Below, piece by piece: positions 36,518 through 47,556 of a stretch of 64,000 bases of DNA. A program made the position numbers and the translations under genes. Below the pieces are notes generated by a model. That model made no database searches. It saw only the letters and a program-made list of their open reading frames with translations, and was not told the DNA's origin. Within the stretch, counting starts at the first letter, position 1, and each line of letters begins with the position of its first letter. The stretch is from Pseudothermotoga sp. (GTDB lineage: Bacteria > Thermotogota > Thermotogae > Thermotogales > DSM-5069), in NCBI GenBank assembly GCA_025060105.1, contig JANXCS010000003.1, positions 147,341-211,340 on the forward strand, in the 5' to 3' direction.

Positions 36518-37498
36518 TCAAAAGAGCAAATTCATCCTCTCTCTGACCAACCTCATCGTCCGCTCCGCCACACTCTTTGCCTTCCGATTACCCTCTTCTA
36601 TGACGTCCTTTGTGAAACGCTCATCTATCTTGGAATATCTTTCCCAAATGGGTTCGAGTTCTTTTTTCATGTTCTTCAAAAGGAGCTTCTTGCAGTCGAT
36701 ACAACCAATCTTCGCCTTGGTGCATCCTTCGAACACCCACTGTTTCTCCTCTTCGCTTATTCCAAACGCTCTGTGGTAATCCCACACGGGACATTTGTTC
36801 GGATCACCAGGATCCGTTCTGCGTTTCCGTGCCGGATCTGTGACCATGGGTAGTATGCTCTTCTCAAGTTCTTCCGACGTGTTCTCCAATGGTATGATGT
36901 TTCCATAGCTTTTACTCATCTTTCTTCCGTCGGTACCAGGCAGTTTGGGAACGATCGAGAGTATCACTTCAGGCTCAGGAAAAGTCTGACCGTACAGATA
37001 GTTGAATCTCCTGGCGATCTCCCTGGTGAGCTCCACGTGGTACACCTGATCTTCCCCAACTGGAACACCCTCAGCCAAATAGATGAGTATATCGGCCGCC
37101 TGAAGCACCGGGTACAAAAGAAAGCCGGTGTTGGAAAGGTCTTTATCGGACAGTTGCTGTTTCATCTCTTTGTAGGTGGGTACCCTCTCCAACCACGGTA
37201 GAGGAACGATCATTGAAAACAACAAAGCAAGCTCTGCGTGCTCTTTCACTCCAGATTGAACGAAGAGCACGGACTTATTCGGATCCAAACCGCACGCCAG
37301 GAATGCCCTCATGACCTCGACGGTGTTCTGCTGGAGTTGCTTGGTATCTTCGTAGGCAGTGGTCAACGCGTGCCAATCCGCAACGAAGAAAAAACACTCA
37401 TGACCCATATCTTGGAGTGACTTCCAGTTCCTGAGGGCCCCCACGTAGTTTCCAATGTGAGGTTTGCCCGTGGGTCTAACACCACTGAGAAGCCTCAA
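36518..37498 (-). CDS. trpS: Tryptophan--tRNA ligase
   Basis: 326 aa. SGVRPTGKPHIGNYVGA (HIGH region) and KMSKS. Confidence 0.95.
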   Translation of the reverse strand: MRLLSGVRPTGKPHIGNYVGALRNWKSLQDMGHECFFFVADWHALTTAYEDTKQLQQNTVEVMRAFLACGLDPNKSVLFVQSGVKEHAELALLFSMIVPLPWLERVPTYKEMKQQLSDKDLSNTGFLLYPVLQAADILIYLAEGVPVGEDQVYHVELTREIARRFNYLYGQTFPEPEVILSIVPKLPGTDGRKMSKSYGNIIPLENTSEELEKSILPMVTDPARKRRTDPGDPNKCPVWDYHRAFGISEEEKQWVFEGCTKAKIGCIDCKKLLLKNMKKELEPIWERYSKIDERFTKDVIEEGNRKAKSVAERTMRLVRERMNLLF

Positions 37499-38319
37499 AA
37501 ACGATCACCCCTCGACGCGATCCGAGCGACGCGGTTCATGAGGATGGCCGTCGTGACGACACCGACACCTCCTGGTACGGGTGTGAGTGTCGCTCTGTTT
37601 GCAACTTCCGGATCCACATCACCGACGATCCTATCGTTCACAACGTTTATACCAACATCTATCACTATCGCTCCTTCTCTGACCATGTGTGGTTTCAAAA
37701 AGTTGGCCTTTCCAACGGCCACGACGATTATGTCGGCTCGTGCAGTCATTTCACCGATGTCTCTCGTCTTCGTATGACAAACTGTCACTGTGGCACTGCG
37801 ATCCCTCCTGAGCAACATCACGGACAACGGGAGTCCGACTGTGTTACTCCTACCCAAGATGACGGCGTTTTTGCCCGTCAAGTCCGTCGTCCTTGTGAGG
37901 ATTTCAACCACAGCTGCAGCTGTGCAGGGAGCGAACGTCTCTTCTCCGTACATGAGTCGTCCAAGATTCACAGGGTTTCTACCCTCCACGTCTTTGTCTG
38001 GATTTATGAGGCAAGCGATCTTCAGTTCGTCGACTCCTGCCGGCAAGGGATGTGCCACGAAGATGCCATGAACGGTGTCATCGTTACAAGCTTTTAAGAG
38101 TTTCTCTTGGAAAGTTTCAACGCTTTCAAACACCAATATCTCGTGTTCTATGTTCAACGCCTTAGCTTTTTTCTGCTGATTTCTCAGATACGCGAGTGTG
38201 CTTTCGTCAGGATTGATAGCGAAACTCACCAGTTTTGGTTTGACACGGCTCGATAGATTCAACGTTTCCTCATCGATCGACTTCGCTATGGTTTTACAGT
38301 CGATGTACAAGAAGACCAC
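37495..38319 (-). CDS. folD: Bifunctional methylenetetrahydrofolate dehydrogenase/methenyl-THF cyclohydrolase
   Basis: 274 aa. GRSNTVGLPLSVMLL, VTVCHTKT and TPVPGGVGVVT motifs. GTG start. Confidence 0.95.
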   Translation of the reverse strand: MVFLYIDCKTIAKSIDEETLNLSSRVKPKLVSFAINPDESTLAYLRNQQKKAKALNIEHEILVFESVETFQEKLLKACNDDTVHGIFVAHPLPAGVDELKIACLINPDKDVEGRNPVNLGRLMYGEETFAPCTAAAVVEILTRTTDLTGKNAVILGRSNTVGLPLSVMLLRRDRSATVTVCHTKTRDIGEMTARADIIVVAVGKANFLKPHMVREGAIVIDVGINVVNDRIVGDVDPEVANRATLTPVPGGVGVVTTAILMNRVARIASRGDRF

Positions 38320-38325
38320 CAGCCT

Positions 38326-39981
38326 TCAGAAAAGACCAATTATATTACCATCCGGATCGATATCGATGTTCACCGCATTCGGCTTCTTCCCCAGTCCAGG
38401 CATCAACATGATGTCTCCGCACACCGCAACGACGAAACCTGCCCCAGCCGAAAGCAGAAAGTCTCTCACCGTGAAGGTGTAATCTCTGGGAGCACCCAAC
38501 TTCGCAGGATCGTCCGAGATGGAATACTGAGTCTTCGCCACTATGACGGGTAAGTTCCCATAACCGTTCTGTTCGAGTCTTTCTAGAGACTCTTCGGCAT
38601 CCTTCGTGAAGGCCACATCCTTGGCCCTGTAGATTTCTCTGGCGAGAACATCTATTTTCTTTCGAATGGGTTCCGAAGCGTCGAACAACGGCCGATAATT
38701 GGTTCCATCGGCCAGTTGCACAACTTTTCTTGCCAGATCCAACGCGCCCTCTGAACCTTTTGCGAACGCCTCGTTGACCGCTACGGCGACATTCAACTTT
38801 TCAACTTTTTCACACAAAAATTCTATCTCTTGCGGGGCGTCCGTATCGAAACGGTTCACCGCAACGACCACCGGTAAACCGTACTTTCTCATGTTTTCGA
38901 TGTGAACCTTCAAATTCTCGATGCCCCGATGCAACGCTTCGATGTTCGGTGTGCCGAGCTCTTTCAAGTTCATACCACCGTGGTACTTCAAAGCGCGCAC
39001 GGTTGCAACGATAACGATCAGTGATGGTTTAAAGCCAGCCGTCGGTGCAACGAAATCTAAGAACTTTTCCGCACCAAGGTCCGATCCGAAGCCAGTCTCC
39101 GTTACAACAAAGTCACTCAACCCCAAGGCCATCTTCGTTGCGATGATCGAATTCGTACCGTGGGCGATGTTCGCGAAAGGTCCACCGTGAATGAACGCTG
39201 GAGTATTCTCGCTGGTCTGTACTAGGTTTGGATTCAGCGCGTCTTTCAAAAGCACGGCGACAGATCCTTGGACCTTCAAATCAAAAACTCTCACAGGCTT
39301 GTTCGTCCTGGTCCAGCCTATCACGACTTCCCCAACACGCTTTTTGAGATCTTGAAGATCTTTGGCGAGACAGAGTATGGCCATGATCTCTGAAGCTGCC
39401 GTGATCACGAATCCATCCTGTCTTGGATAACCGTTCGCGTGTCCCCCCAGCCCCACGATGATCTGTCTGAGCGCTCGATCGTTCATATCCATAGCCCTTG
39501 GCCAGCTGATCCTCGTCACATCGATGTCTAGTTCGTTTCCAAACTTTATGTGCGCATCTATCATGGCGGATATCAAGTTGTGGGCACTCGTGACTGCGTG
39601 TATGTCACCGGTGAAATGCAAGTTGATGTCTTCCATCGGCAACACTTGAGCTTTCCCACCGCCGGTGGCACCACCCTTTATGCCGAACACAGGTCCAAGA
39701 GAAGGCTCTCTCAAGGTCACGATAGAGCTGTAACCGAGCTTGTTGATGGCCATAGACAAACCTATGCTCGTGGTGGTTTTACCCTCGCCGGCGGGTGTGG
39801 GAGTCATGGCAGTGACGACGATCAGCTTACCCTTCGGTTCGAGATGATTCAAAAGTTTGTGTGAAACCTTCGCCACGTGATCTCCGTAAAACTTCAAGTA
39901 CTCTGGAGGGATAGAAAGCGCCTCCGCGATCTTTCTGATCGGTTTCAGCTGAAACGTGGACGAACCAGCCACTCCCATCAT
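38326..39981 (-). CDS. fhs: Formate--tetrahydrofolate ligase
   Basis: 551 aa. [22 protein letters not shown] and other FTHFS signatures. Confidence 0.95.
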   Translation of the reverse strand: MMGVAGSSTFQLKPIRKIAEALSIPPEYLKFYGDHVAKVSHKLLNHLEPKGKLIVVTAMTPTPAGEGKTTTSIGLSMAINKLGYSSIVTLREPSLGPVFGIKGGATGGGKAQVLPMEDINLHFTGDIHAVTSAHNLISAMIDAHIKFGNELDIDVTRISWPRAMDMNDRALRQIIVGLGGHANGYPRQDGFVITAASEIMAILCLAKDLQDLKKRVGEVVIGWTRTNKPVRVFDLKVQGSVAVLLKDALNPNLVQTSENTPAFIHGGPFANIAHGTNSIIATKMALGLSDFVVTETGFGSDLGAEKFLDFVAPTAGFKPSLIVIVATVRALKYHGGMNLKELGTPNIEALHRGIENLKVHIENMRKYGLPVVVAVNRFDTDAPQEIEFLCEKVEKLNVAVAVNEAFAKGSEGALDLARKVVQLADGTNYRPLFDASEPIRKKIDVLAREIYRAKDVAFTKDAEESLERLEQNGYGNLPVIVAKTQYSISDDPAKLGAPRDYTFTVRDFLLSAGAGFVVAVCGDIMLMPGLGKKPNAVNIDIDPDGNIIGLF

Positions 39982-39987
39982 CCCCCT

Positions 39988-40410
39988 TCACAAGCGCCAT
40001 TTTTCTTCGGCGGCGAACTGCTTGGCTATCTTATCGAGAACACCGTTGACGAATTTTCCACTGTTGTCAGTACCGTACCTCTTGGCCAATTCGATGGCTT
40101 CATCCAGTGTGACTTGAACGGGTACGTCTCCTTCGTACAAAAGTTCGTAAGTTCCTAGACGCAACACGCATTTGTCCACCAGTGATAGTCTGTCCAAAGT
40201 CCAATTCTCCAAGCACGAAGTTATCTTACTGTCTATCGAATCGAGGTTCTCATAGATCCCTTTCACGTACCGCTCGACGTCTCGACGGATCGAATCTGAC
40301 TTTTCTTTACCAAGAACTTCCTCAAGAATGGCTTCCACGGAATCCTTACGAAATTCATTCTGAAATATCGCTCTGAAAACTAAATCCCTCATTCTGCTGC
40401 GGCGTGTCAC
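39988..40410 (-). CDS. nusB: Transcription antitermination factor NusB
   Basis: 140 aa. The N-terminus R.RMRDLVFRAIFQ and the C-terminus ...DEAIELAKRYGTDNSGKFVNGVLDKI are typical NusB. Confidence 0.9.
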   Translation of the reverse strand: MTRRSRMRDLVFRAIFQNEFRKDSVEAILEEVLGKEKSDSIRRDVERYVKGIYENLDSIDSKITSCLENWTLDRLSLVDKCVLRLGTYELLYEGDVPVQVTLDEAIELAKRYGTDNSGKFVNGVLDKIAKQFAAEEKWRL

Positions 40411-40416
40411 GTTGGA

Positions 40417-40761
40417 TCACTCCTTCGTCTCTTCCTCCCCTTCACGAGAAATACTGGATTCTTCAACGTCATCGATCACCACGTTCACTGAAATCACCTG
40501 TTGGTCTGTCATCCTTTCGATATCCAGTTTCACTTGTTCCATGAGCTTTCTGGCGATTTCGACGAACGGTCTGCCGAAGGGTGCCGTAACTCTCATCGAA
40601 ACGATTATGCTGTCTTCAGGGGTTCTATCCACATCGATCGATTTTCTGAGTTTTTTCTGCTTTCTCTCATCGGTCAGATCGAGCACCGAACAGGCACTTC
40701 TGAAAGCGATTTCTCTTATCGCGTTGTCGGATATGTCAATGGTTCCGAATCCTTTCTCCAT
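40417..40761 (-). CDS. Asp23/Gls24-family protein
   Basis: 114 aa. G.IDISDNAIREIA and VNVVIDDV patterns. Located between efp and nusB, as in many Gram-positive-type operons. Confidence 0.75.
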   Translation of the reverse strand: MEKGFGTIDISDNAIREIAFRSACSVLDLTDERKQKKLRKSIDVDRTPEDSIIVSMRVTAPFGRPFVEIARKLMEQVKLDIERMTDQQVISVNVVIDDVEESSISREGEEETKE

Positions 40762-40773
40762 CTCGTCACCCCC

Positions 40774-41337
40774 TCAAGCTCTCTCTAAGTACTCTCCAGT
40801 TCTAGTGTCAACCTTGATCAGTTCACCGGTTTCCACGAAGAACGGTACTGTGAGCCTCAAACCAGTTTCCAAAACGGCTGGTTTACCGCTGCCCGCAACT
40901 GTGTCACCCTTGAAACCTGGTTCAGTCTCCACGACTCTGAGAACGACAACGTTGGGGAGTTGAACTCCTATAGGACTGTCACCGAGCATCATGATGTCCA
41001 CTTCAAGGTTCTCCGTCAAGTACCATTTGGCGTCACCGATCTCCTCTTCGCTGAAAGCGTACTGCTCATAGTCATCGAGAGACATGAAGTAATAGTGATC
41101 TCCATCGTTGTAGAGATACTGAGCTTTCTTGTATGTCAAGTCTGCCTCGGGGACTCTATCTCCACTGCTGAACGTGACGTCTCTGACGAGTCCCGTCTTC
41201 ACATTTTTGAGTTTGGTCCTAACCAAACCTCGACCCATCGCCATGTGATGCTTGTTCACGTCCAAAACTCTGTAAGGCTCACCTTCGTACATGATCACCA
41301 TACCTTTTCTCAGATCTGTGACCTCTATCAAACTCAT
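40774..41337 (-). CDS. efp: Elongation factor P
   Basis: 187 aa. [30 protein letters not shown] and [11 protein letters not shown] motifs. Confidence 0.95.
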   Translation of the reverse strand: MSLIEVTDLRKGMVIMYEGEPYRVLDVNKHHMAMGRGLVRTKLKNVKTGLVRDVTFSSGDRVPEADLTYKKAQYLYNDGDHYYFMSLDDYEQYAFSEEEIGDAKWYLTENLEVDIMMLGDSPIGVQLPNVVVLRVVETEPGFKGDTVAGSGKPAVLETGLRLTVPFFVETGELIKVDTRTGEYLERA

Positions 41338-41347
41338 CCACCTCCAG

Positions 41348-42424
41348 TCAGATCGATTGAATTCTTCTATCGAGGCGAGTGAGTCTCTCTAAGCGATCCT
41401 CGCGGATCACAACATCCTCCTCTATTCTAACACCGAACCTACCTTCGATATAGATCCCTGGTTCGATCGTCACCACCGCACCCACGGGTAGAACAGACTC
41501 GTTGGCTTGACTCACTCTGGGTGCCTCATGAACCTCCAACCCCAAGCCATGGCCGAGCCCATGACCAAAGTATTCACCAAAGCCACGATCGATGATGTGG
41601 TTGCGTGCGATGGAATCCAACTCCTTTCCGCTCATGCGCCCGTTGCCTCTCTCGAGCGCCAGTGTCTGTGCTTCGAAAACGGCGTTGTAGATCTTCAAAA
41701 AGTCTTCGTCTGGCTTACCGAGGAAAAAAGTTCTCGTTATGTCCGCACAGTAACCGTTGAATTTGGCACCGAAATCGAACAGAATTGGCTCGTTCATCTT
41801 TATTTTTCGCTCTGAAGGTCTGCCGTGAGGCAGGGCCGTCCTCGGACCTGAGATCACGATCGTTTCGAACGCGGGACCATCCGCACCGAGTTTCTTCATT
41901 CTGTACTCTAGTTCCGCAGCGATGTCTTTCTCACAGACCCCCTCTTTAACGAGTTGCAGGGTTTGCACGAGGGATTCCTCGCTGATCTCTATAGCCCTCT
42001 TCATGTTCTCTATTTCCTGTGGTTCTTTCACCATGCGCATCTGTTCGATGATCTTGTCAACGGGTTTGTAGGTAGCTTGGTATTTTTCGGTGAGTTTTAG
42101 ATACGTATCGTGACTGATGCGTGAAAATTCGAGGCCTACCACCTTCGGACCGAGTCTTTGAAGCACGCTCGAAACGGTGTCAAGAACATTCACACCACGA
42201 TGTTCAACGAGCGCGAACTTTGTCTGTTGCTTGGCTTGTTCGAAATATCTCGAGTCCGTGATGATGAACTGTTGATCTTTTGTGATCACAAGGAAACTGA
42301 AAGAGCCCGTGAACCCCGACAGATACATCGTGGTCGGTTTCGAAGAGTACTCGACGTTGCATATGAGAACTGCTTCGATCCCTTCCGCTTCGAAAGCTTC
42401 GATGAATTTTTTGATCCTCTCCAA
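41348..42424 (-). CDS. M24-family Xaa-Pro aminopeptidase/dipeptidase
   Basis: 358 aa. Creatinase-like N-terminal domain. [29 protein letters not shown] and TIEPGIY metal-ligand motifs. Confidence 0.9.
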   Translation of the reverse strand: MERIKKFIEAFEAEGIEAVLICNVEYSSKPTTMYLSGFTGSFSFLVITKDQQFIITDSRYFEQAKQQTKFALVEHRGVNVLDTVSSVLQRLGPKVVGLEFSRISHDTYLKLTEKYQATYKPVDKIIEQMRMVKEPQEIENMKRAIEISEESLVQTLQLVKEGVCEKDIAAELEYRMKKLGADGPAFETIVISGPRTALPHGRPSERKIKMNEPILFDFGAKFNGYCADITRTFFLGKPDEDFLKIYNAVFEAQTLALERGNGRMSGKELDSIARNHIIDRGFGEYFGHGLGHGLGLEVHEAPRVSQANESVLPVGAVVTIEPGIYIEGRFGVRIEEDVVIREDRLERLTRLDRRIQSI

Positions 42425-42480
42425 GATAGATCACCTCCATCGTTTCGATTGTACAATATCTCGCGAGGTGAAGAGATCTC

Positions 42481-43101
42481 ATGAGAAATGTCGAACAACT
42501 GATCGAGAAGATTGTGAAACTTTTTCCCCGTGAAAAGTTCCGCGCAGATCCATTCAGAATACTCATCTGTACGATACTGAGCCAACGCACACGTGACGAA
42601 AACACAGAGAAAGCCTGTGAAAAACTCTTCGCCAGATACGGCAACGTCTTCGAACTCGCCAGAGCGTCCGCCGAAGATCTTCACGAACTCATAAGAGAGA
42701 GTGGCATGTACAGACAAAAAGCTGAGAGGATAGTTCGAGTCGCAAGGTTGATCGTTGAAAGATACGGTGGGAAGGTACCAAACACGCTGGAAGAACTGTT
42801 GAAACTGCCCGGTGTGGGTAGAAAGACGGCGAACATAGTTCTTTACCATGGATTCGATCAACCGGCCATCGCCGTCGACACACACGTTCATAGGATCTCC
42901 AACCGGCTGGGATTGGTGAGAACGAAGAAGCCGGAGGAAACGGAGGAGGAACTCAAAAAGATCGTGCCCGAACGTTTTTGGGGTCCTTTGAACGGATCCA
43001 TGGTCGAGTTCGGTAGAACGATCTGTCTACCGATCAAACCAAAATGCGAGGTCTGTCCTTTGAATTCGGATTGCGAGTACTTTTTTCAAAAAAGACGTTG
43101 A
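42481..43101 (+). CDS. nth: Endonuclease III
   Basis: 206 aa. HhH-GPD motif LPGVGRKTANIVL, the catalytic region DTHVHR, and the C-terminal cluster CLPIKPKCEVCPLNSDC. Confidence 0.9.
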   Translation: MRNVEQLIEKIVKLFPREKFRADPFRILICTILSQRTRDENTEKACEKLFARYGNVFELARASAEDLHELIRESGMYRQKAERIVRVARLIVERYGGKVPNTLEELLKLPGVGRKTANIVLYHGFDQPAIAVDTHVHRISNRLGLVRTKKPEETEEELKKIVPERFWGPLNGSMVEFGRTICLPIKPKCEVCPLNSDCEYFFQKRR

Positions 43102-43127
43102 AATTTCAAACAACGAGACATTATAAT
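43098..43127 (+). promoter_or_regulatory. Putative promoter of the peptide ABC operon
   Basis: TTGAAA (43098-43103), an 18-nt spacer, then TATAAT (43122-43127), 30 nt before the ATG at 43158. It overlaps the nth stop codon. Confidence 0.45.
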
Positions 43128-43157
43128 TCATTCAAACACCATGTAGGGGGTGTGAGG

Positions 43158-44699
43158 ATGAAAAAAATTCTACTGCTTTGGTTTGCCTTCTTGCTCTCCA
43201 CCATCGTTCTAGCCCAGAGGCAAACTATGGTCATTTACGCTTACGGTTCAGAGATGATCACACTCGATCCAAGCACCGAGTTCTCCAACTCCATAATAGT
43301 ACTGAACAACGTTTATGAGACTCTCACACGTTACGTGGATGGAAAGTTAGAACCGCTGCTCGCAGTCGAGTGGTCTTCCAACGAAGATGGTACCGTTTGG
43401 ACTTTCAAGCTGAGGAAAGGTGTCAAATTCCACGATGGTACGGAGTTGACATCTTCGGCGGTGAAGTTCTCCGTAGAAAGGACCATCAGGCTTGCAGGGG
43501 GACCGGCTTACATCTGGGACAGCGTCGAGAAGATCGAAACACCAGATCCCTACACGGTCGTGTTCAAGTTGAAATATCCTGCGAACATACCTCTCATCGC
43601 CTCCGCAGGTTATGGCGCTTTCATATTCAGCCCGAAAGTTGCTGAAATTGGTGACGATGAGGCCATAGCGAAGTGGTTCAATGCGGGTAACGATGCAGGT
43701 ACGGGACCTTATACGATCAGCAAATTCGACCCAAAGACCCAAGTTGTGCTCAGAAAATTCGATGGTTATTGGAAAGGTTGGACCGACAAAAAGTTCGACA
43801 TCGCCGTAGTTCAAATCGTACCCGACCCTTCTTTGAGGATGCAAATGATCACGGCAGGCAGGATCCATCTGACGAGGAACTTGATCTACGACGATCTGAA
43901 AAAACTGGAAGTTAATCCGAACGTTTATATCAAACAAAAGCCAAGCTTTCAAGTTCTGTACCTGTTCTTCAACACCAAGAAAGCCCCTTTGAGTAACCCG
44001 GACTTCAGAGCGGCCGTTGCTTACGCGATACCTTACAATGAAATCCTCAACCACGTGCTGTTGGGTTATGGCCTGCAACCTTCAGGTATCATCCCGAAAG
44101 GCATGTTCGGTTATGCGAGCCACCTTTCACCGCTTTCACAGGATTTGAACAAGTCCAAGGAATTTCTTACAAAATCCGGTGTGGACCCAAAGGGTGTCAA
44201 ATTGGTATTGACGTACTTGCAATCTGACGAAGGCGAGAAGAAAGCTTCGGAGCTGATCTGGTCGAGCCTGAGAAAACTTGGTATCGATGTCGAACTCAGA
44301 CCGATGAACTGGGAACAACAATGGGCGTGGGCGAGGAGCGATCCAACCAAAGCTCAGGACATGTTCATCATGTACTGGTGGCCAACGGTCATGACACCTT
44401 ACGATTTTCTCTTCAGTATGTTCCACACCGAGGAAGAGGTGCTCTTCAACTTGTCTTACTATTACAACAAAGAAGTGGATAAGCTGATGGACGAAGCTGT
44501 GAGGTTAGAAGGCGTCAATCCAAAACGTGCTGAAGAGCTCTACAGAGCAGTAGAAACGATACTGCGTAGAGACCTACCCGCAGTTCCACTCTATCAAATC
44601 AACGATATCTACGTGGTTCACAAGTCTATCAAGGGATTTGAACCCAACCCAGCTTATCCAAACGTGGTTTTCTTCTATGAACTTGAGAGTGCGTCATGA
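43158..44699 (+). CDS. ABC transporter substrate-binding protein, family 5 (peptide/nickel, DppA/OppA type)
   Basis: Signal peptide MKKILLLWFAFLLSTIVLA. Length and composition fit SBP family 5. ATG with SD GGGGGTGTGAGG. The ORF track start at 43044 overlaps nth. Confidence 0.9.
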   Translation: MKKILLLWFAFLLSTIVLAQRQTMVIYAYGSEMITLDPSTEFSNSIIVLNNVYETLTRYVDGKLEPLLAVEWSSNEDGTVWTFKLRKGVKFHDGTELTSSAVKFSVERTIRLAGGPAYIWDSVEKIETPDPYTVVFKLKYPANIPLIASAGYGAFIFSPKVAEIGDDEAIAKWFNAGNDAGTGPYTISKFDPKTQVVLRKFDGYWKGWTDKKFDIAVVQIVPDPSLRMQMITAGRIHLTRNLIYDDLKKLEVNPNVYIKQKPSFQVLYLFFNTKKAPLSNPDFRAAVAYAIPYNEILNHVLLGYGLQPSGIIPKGMFGYASHLSPLSQDLNKSKEFLTKSGVDPKGVKLVLTYLQSDEGEKKASELIWSSLRKLGIDVELRPMNWEQQWAWARSDPTKAQDMFIMYWWPTVMTPYDFLFSMFHTEEEVLFNLSYYYNKEVDKLMDEAVRLEGVNPKRAEELYRAVETILRRDLPAVPLYQINDIYVVHKSIKGFEPNPAYPNVVFFYELESAS

Positions 44700-44711
44700 G
44701 GTCGATTTGGT

Positions 44712-45731
44712 GTGAACTTTGTTAGGTACATCATTTCAAGATCGTTCTCTTCGATATTCGTTGTGCTCGGAGTAGTTTTTGTAGTCTTCATCGTTTCGAA
44801 CGTCGTGCCATCCGATCCTGCAGCGCTGTGGGTGGGACCAAAAGCTACCCACAGCGCAATTCAAGCAGCTAGGGAAAGATTGAAGTTGGATGAACCCATT
44901 TTGGTGAGATTCAGCTATTTTTTGAGAAATCTACTTCGCCTCGATCTCGGTGTGTCGATAAGAACTCATAACCCCGTGGCTTACGATATAAAGAAGGCGT
45001 TGACTGCCACGCTTGAACTGCTGCTGATCGCGGAATTTTTCGCTATCATCGTTGGAATACCTTTGGGGGTCTTGGCCGCAGTCCACAGGAACAGTTGGCT
45101 CGACAACGTTAGTAGACTGTTCGCAGTCGCAGGTGTGTCGCTCCCAAGCTTTTGGTACGGGATGATCCTGCAACTGCTTTTCTTCAAATGGCTTGGCATT
45201 TTACCTCTGTCAGACAGAGTCGATACCTTCGTTTCTCTAATTCATCCTTTCGAGGAGAAAACGGGCTTTTATCTGATCGACACTCTCCTTGCTCGAAACT
45301 ACGTCGCATTTTTCGATGTATTGAAACATTTGGTCCTACCAGCTGTGACACTCGCAGCGTACCCCATAGGCTTGATCACCAGACAAGTCAGGTCGATGAT
45401 GGTCGAGGTGCTTCAAGAAAATTACATCAGAACGGCTTTTGCATATGCGATCCCTGAAAGGAAGATATACTTCGGTTATGCACTTAAAAACGCGATCGCA
45501 CCTGCCATGGTCACCGTGGCTTTGTCCTTCGCATACACGCTCGTTGGCGCGTTTCTCGTCGAATTGATCTTCAACTGGCCAGGTCTCGGTAGATACGCCG
45601 CAAACGCGATACTCAGCATGGATTATCCAGCCATCGTCGGTGTGACGATCGTTGCCTCCGTATGTTACGTTCTCATAAACTTCATCGTTGACCTGATCCA
45701 AGCAAAGATTGACCCAAGGATAAGATTCTGA
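44712..45731 (+). CDS. ABC transporter permease (DppB/OppB type)
   Basis: 339 aa, 6 TM helices, BPD-transport EAA-type loop region. The N-terminus is typical (..YIISR....I.V..GV..VVF). Confidence 0.9.
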   Translation: MNFVRYIISRSFSSIFVVLGVVFVVFIVSNVVPSDPAALWVGPKATHSAIQAARERLKLDEPILVRFSYFLRNLLRLDLGVSIRTHNPVAYDIKKALTATLELLLIAEFFAIIVGIPLGVLAAVHRNSWLDNVSRLFAVAGVSLPSFWYGMILQLLFFKWLGILPLSDRVDTFVSLIHPFEEKTGFYLIDTLLARNYVAFFDVLKHLVLPAVTLAAYPIGLITRQVRSMMVEVLQENYIRTAFAYAIPERKIYFGYALKNAIAPAMVTVALSFAYTLVGAFLVELIFNWPGLGRYAANAILSMDYPAIVGVTIVASVCYVLINFIVDLIQAKIDPRIRF

Positions 45732-45745
45732 AGAGGTGAACATTT

Positions 45746-46600
45746 TTGAACATTCAACTCGTTAAACTCGCTTTGAAAAACACTGTGGCCAAATTCAGTT
45801 TCACAGTCATCGTGGTTTTCATAATACTTGCTTTGCTCGCGCCGTTGATAACACCTTTCAAAGAGCAAGCACTCGGTGAACCGAACATGGCGACGCGATT
45901 GCTTCCACCGAGTTTGAAACACCCATTCGGAACGGACCATATGGGTCGAGACATACTCAGCCGTATAATTTACGGTGCGAGGACCTCACTCGTCACAGCA
46001 TTGACTGTCGTGTTCCTCTCAGCCATGATGGGTGTTCCGATAGGTATCGCTGCTGGCTATTTTGGAGGCATAACAGACAACATCCTGATGCGATTCACCG
46101 ATGTATTTCTTTCCTTTCCACCTTTACTGCTCGCACTCTTGATCGCATCAACTCTCGGTAAAGGTTTACTCAACGCCATTGTGGCATTAGTCATAACGTG
46201 GTGGCCGTGGTACGCACGACTCGTGCGCTCTCAAACGCTATCGATCAAATCTCTCGCTTATGTAGAGGCTGCGAAGGCTGCCGGCGTCCCACACATCACG
46301 ATCATGTTCAGACACATTCTTCCAAGTTGTATAGCTCCGCTCGCCGTTCAGTGTACGATGGACATGGGGAGTGCGATCCTTGAGGCCGCCGCCCTTTCTT
46401 TCCTTGGCCTCGGGGTCCAACCACCCGCACCAGATTGGGGTCTCATGATCAGTGAAGGTAAAGCTTATTTTCTGAATTATTGGTGGGTTCCCACATTTCC
46501 AGGGCTCTTCATACTACTTTTGGTCATGTCCTTCAATTTGCTCGGTGATGTTCTGAGAGAGCTCATAGACCCAAGATTGAGGAGGAGAATGCTGATTTGA
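45746..46600 (+). CDS. ABC transporter permease (DppC/OppC type)
   Basis: 284 aa. HPFGTDHMGRDILSRIIYGAR and the YVEAAKAAG EAA loop. Confidence 0.9.
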   Translation: MNIQLVKLALKNTVAKFSFTVIVVFIILALLAPLITPFKEQALGEPNMATRLLPPSLKHPFGTDHMGRDILSRIIYGARTSLVTALTVVFLSAMMGVPIGIAAGYFGGITDNILMRFTDVFLSFPPLLLALLIASTLGKGLLNAIVALVITWWPWYARLVRSQTLSIKSLAYVEAAKAAGVPHITIMFRHILPSCIAPLAVQCTMDMGSAILEAAALSFLGLGVQPPAPDWGLMISEGKAYFLNYWWVPTFPGLFILLLVMSFNLLGDVLRELIDPRLRRRMLI

Positions 46601-47556
46601 GTGAGCTTCTGAGGTTTGAGAACTTTTCTTTGACTTTTAAGACTCTTTACGGAGAAGTTAGAGCTTTAAGGAACGTATCTTTCTCGATCAACACCGATGA
46701 GATAGTGGCGCTCGTCGGGGAGACAGGCTGTGGCAAGACCGTGACCGGCTTATCGATAGTTGGATTGCTCCCAGAGAACGCTAGAACATCTGGAAGGATT
46801 TTTTTCAAAGGGACAGAAGTGACACCGAACACGGCGAAAAGAATGCGTGGCAAAGAGGTGGCGATCATCTTTCAAGATCCCACTTCCTCGCTGAATCCAC
46901 TCTACAGGATAGAGCAGCAGCTGATGGACGTTCTAAAAAACAAATGGAATGTATCACAGAGAGAATTAAGATCCAAAGTTTTGGAGCTTTTGAAACAAGT
47001 ACAGTTGTTCGATACGGATAGGGTGCGTCGAGCATACCCCCACGAGCTTTCTGGTGGTATGAGACAACGCGTTATGATCGCCATGGCACTCGCATGTGAA
47101 CCGAGCCTGCTAATAGCGGATGAACCGACGACGGCCCTCGACGTGACTGTACAACGCCAGATATTGTACTTGATCTGGGAACTGAAGCAGAAGAAGGGAT
47201 TCTCAGTACTCTTCATCACCCACGATCTTGGCATAGTATCCCAACTGGCCGACAGAGTGATCGTGATGTACGCTGGAAGCATCGTGGAAATGGCTCCAAA
47301 GAAGGAGCTGTTTTTGAACACGATGCATCCTTACACGTTGGGCTTATTGAGCTGTGTGCTCGATCCACGCAGGAGAAAACTCCCAAAACCGATACCAGGC
47401 TCTCTCCCATCCCTAGAGCAACTGACAGCGGGATGCGCTTTTTACGAAAGATGCAGTGAGGCCCTTTCGATGTGTCAAAATCACACACCAGAATTGATCG
47501 AGGTGAGGCCTGGCCATTACGTATCGTGCCATAGATGGAGGGAAAGATGTGGTTGA
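46597..47556 (+). CDS. ABC transporter ATP-binding protein (DppD/OppD type)
   Basis: Walker A GETGCGKT, signature LSGGMRQR, Walker B LLIADEPTTALD. C-terminal oligopeptide-type extension with Cys. Confidence 0.9.
   Translation: MSELLRFENFSLTFKTLYGEVRALRNVSFSINTDEIVALVGETGCGKTVTGLSIVGLLPENARTSGRIFFKGTEVTPNTAKRMRGKEVAIIFQDPTSSLNPLYRIEQQLMDVLKNKWNVSQRELRSKVLELLKQVQLFDTDRVRRAYPHELSGGMRQRVMIAMALACEPSLLIADEPTTALDVTVQRQILYLIWELKQKKGFSVLFITHDLGIVSQLADRVIVMYAGSIVEMAPKKELFLNTMHPYTLGLLSCVLDPRRRKLPKPIPGSLPSLEQLTAGCAFYERCSEALSMCQNHTPELIEVRPGHYVSCHRWRERCG

Noticed and set aside
36518-37498. T-box or other leader RNAs upstream of trpS and gltX.
   Set aside because: trpS overlaps folD by 4 nt, and gltX starts 4 nt after the preceding gene. 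There is no room for a leader.
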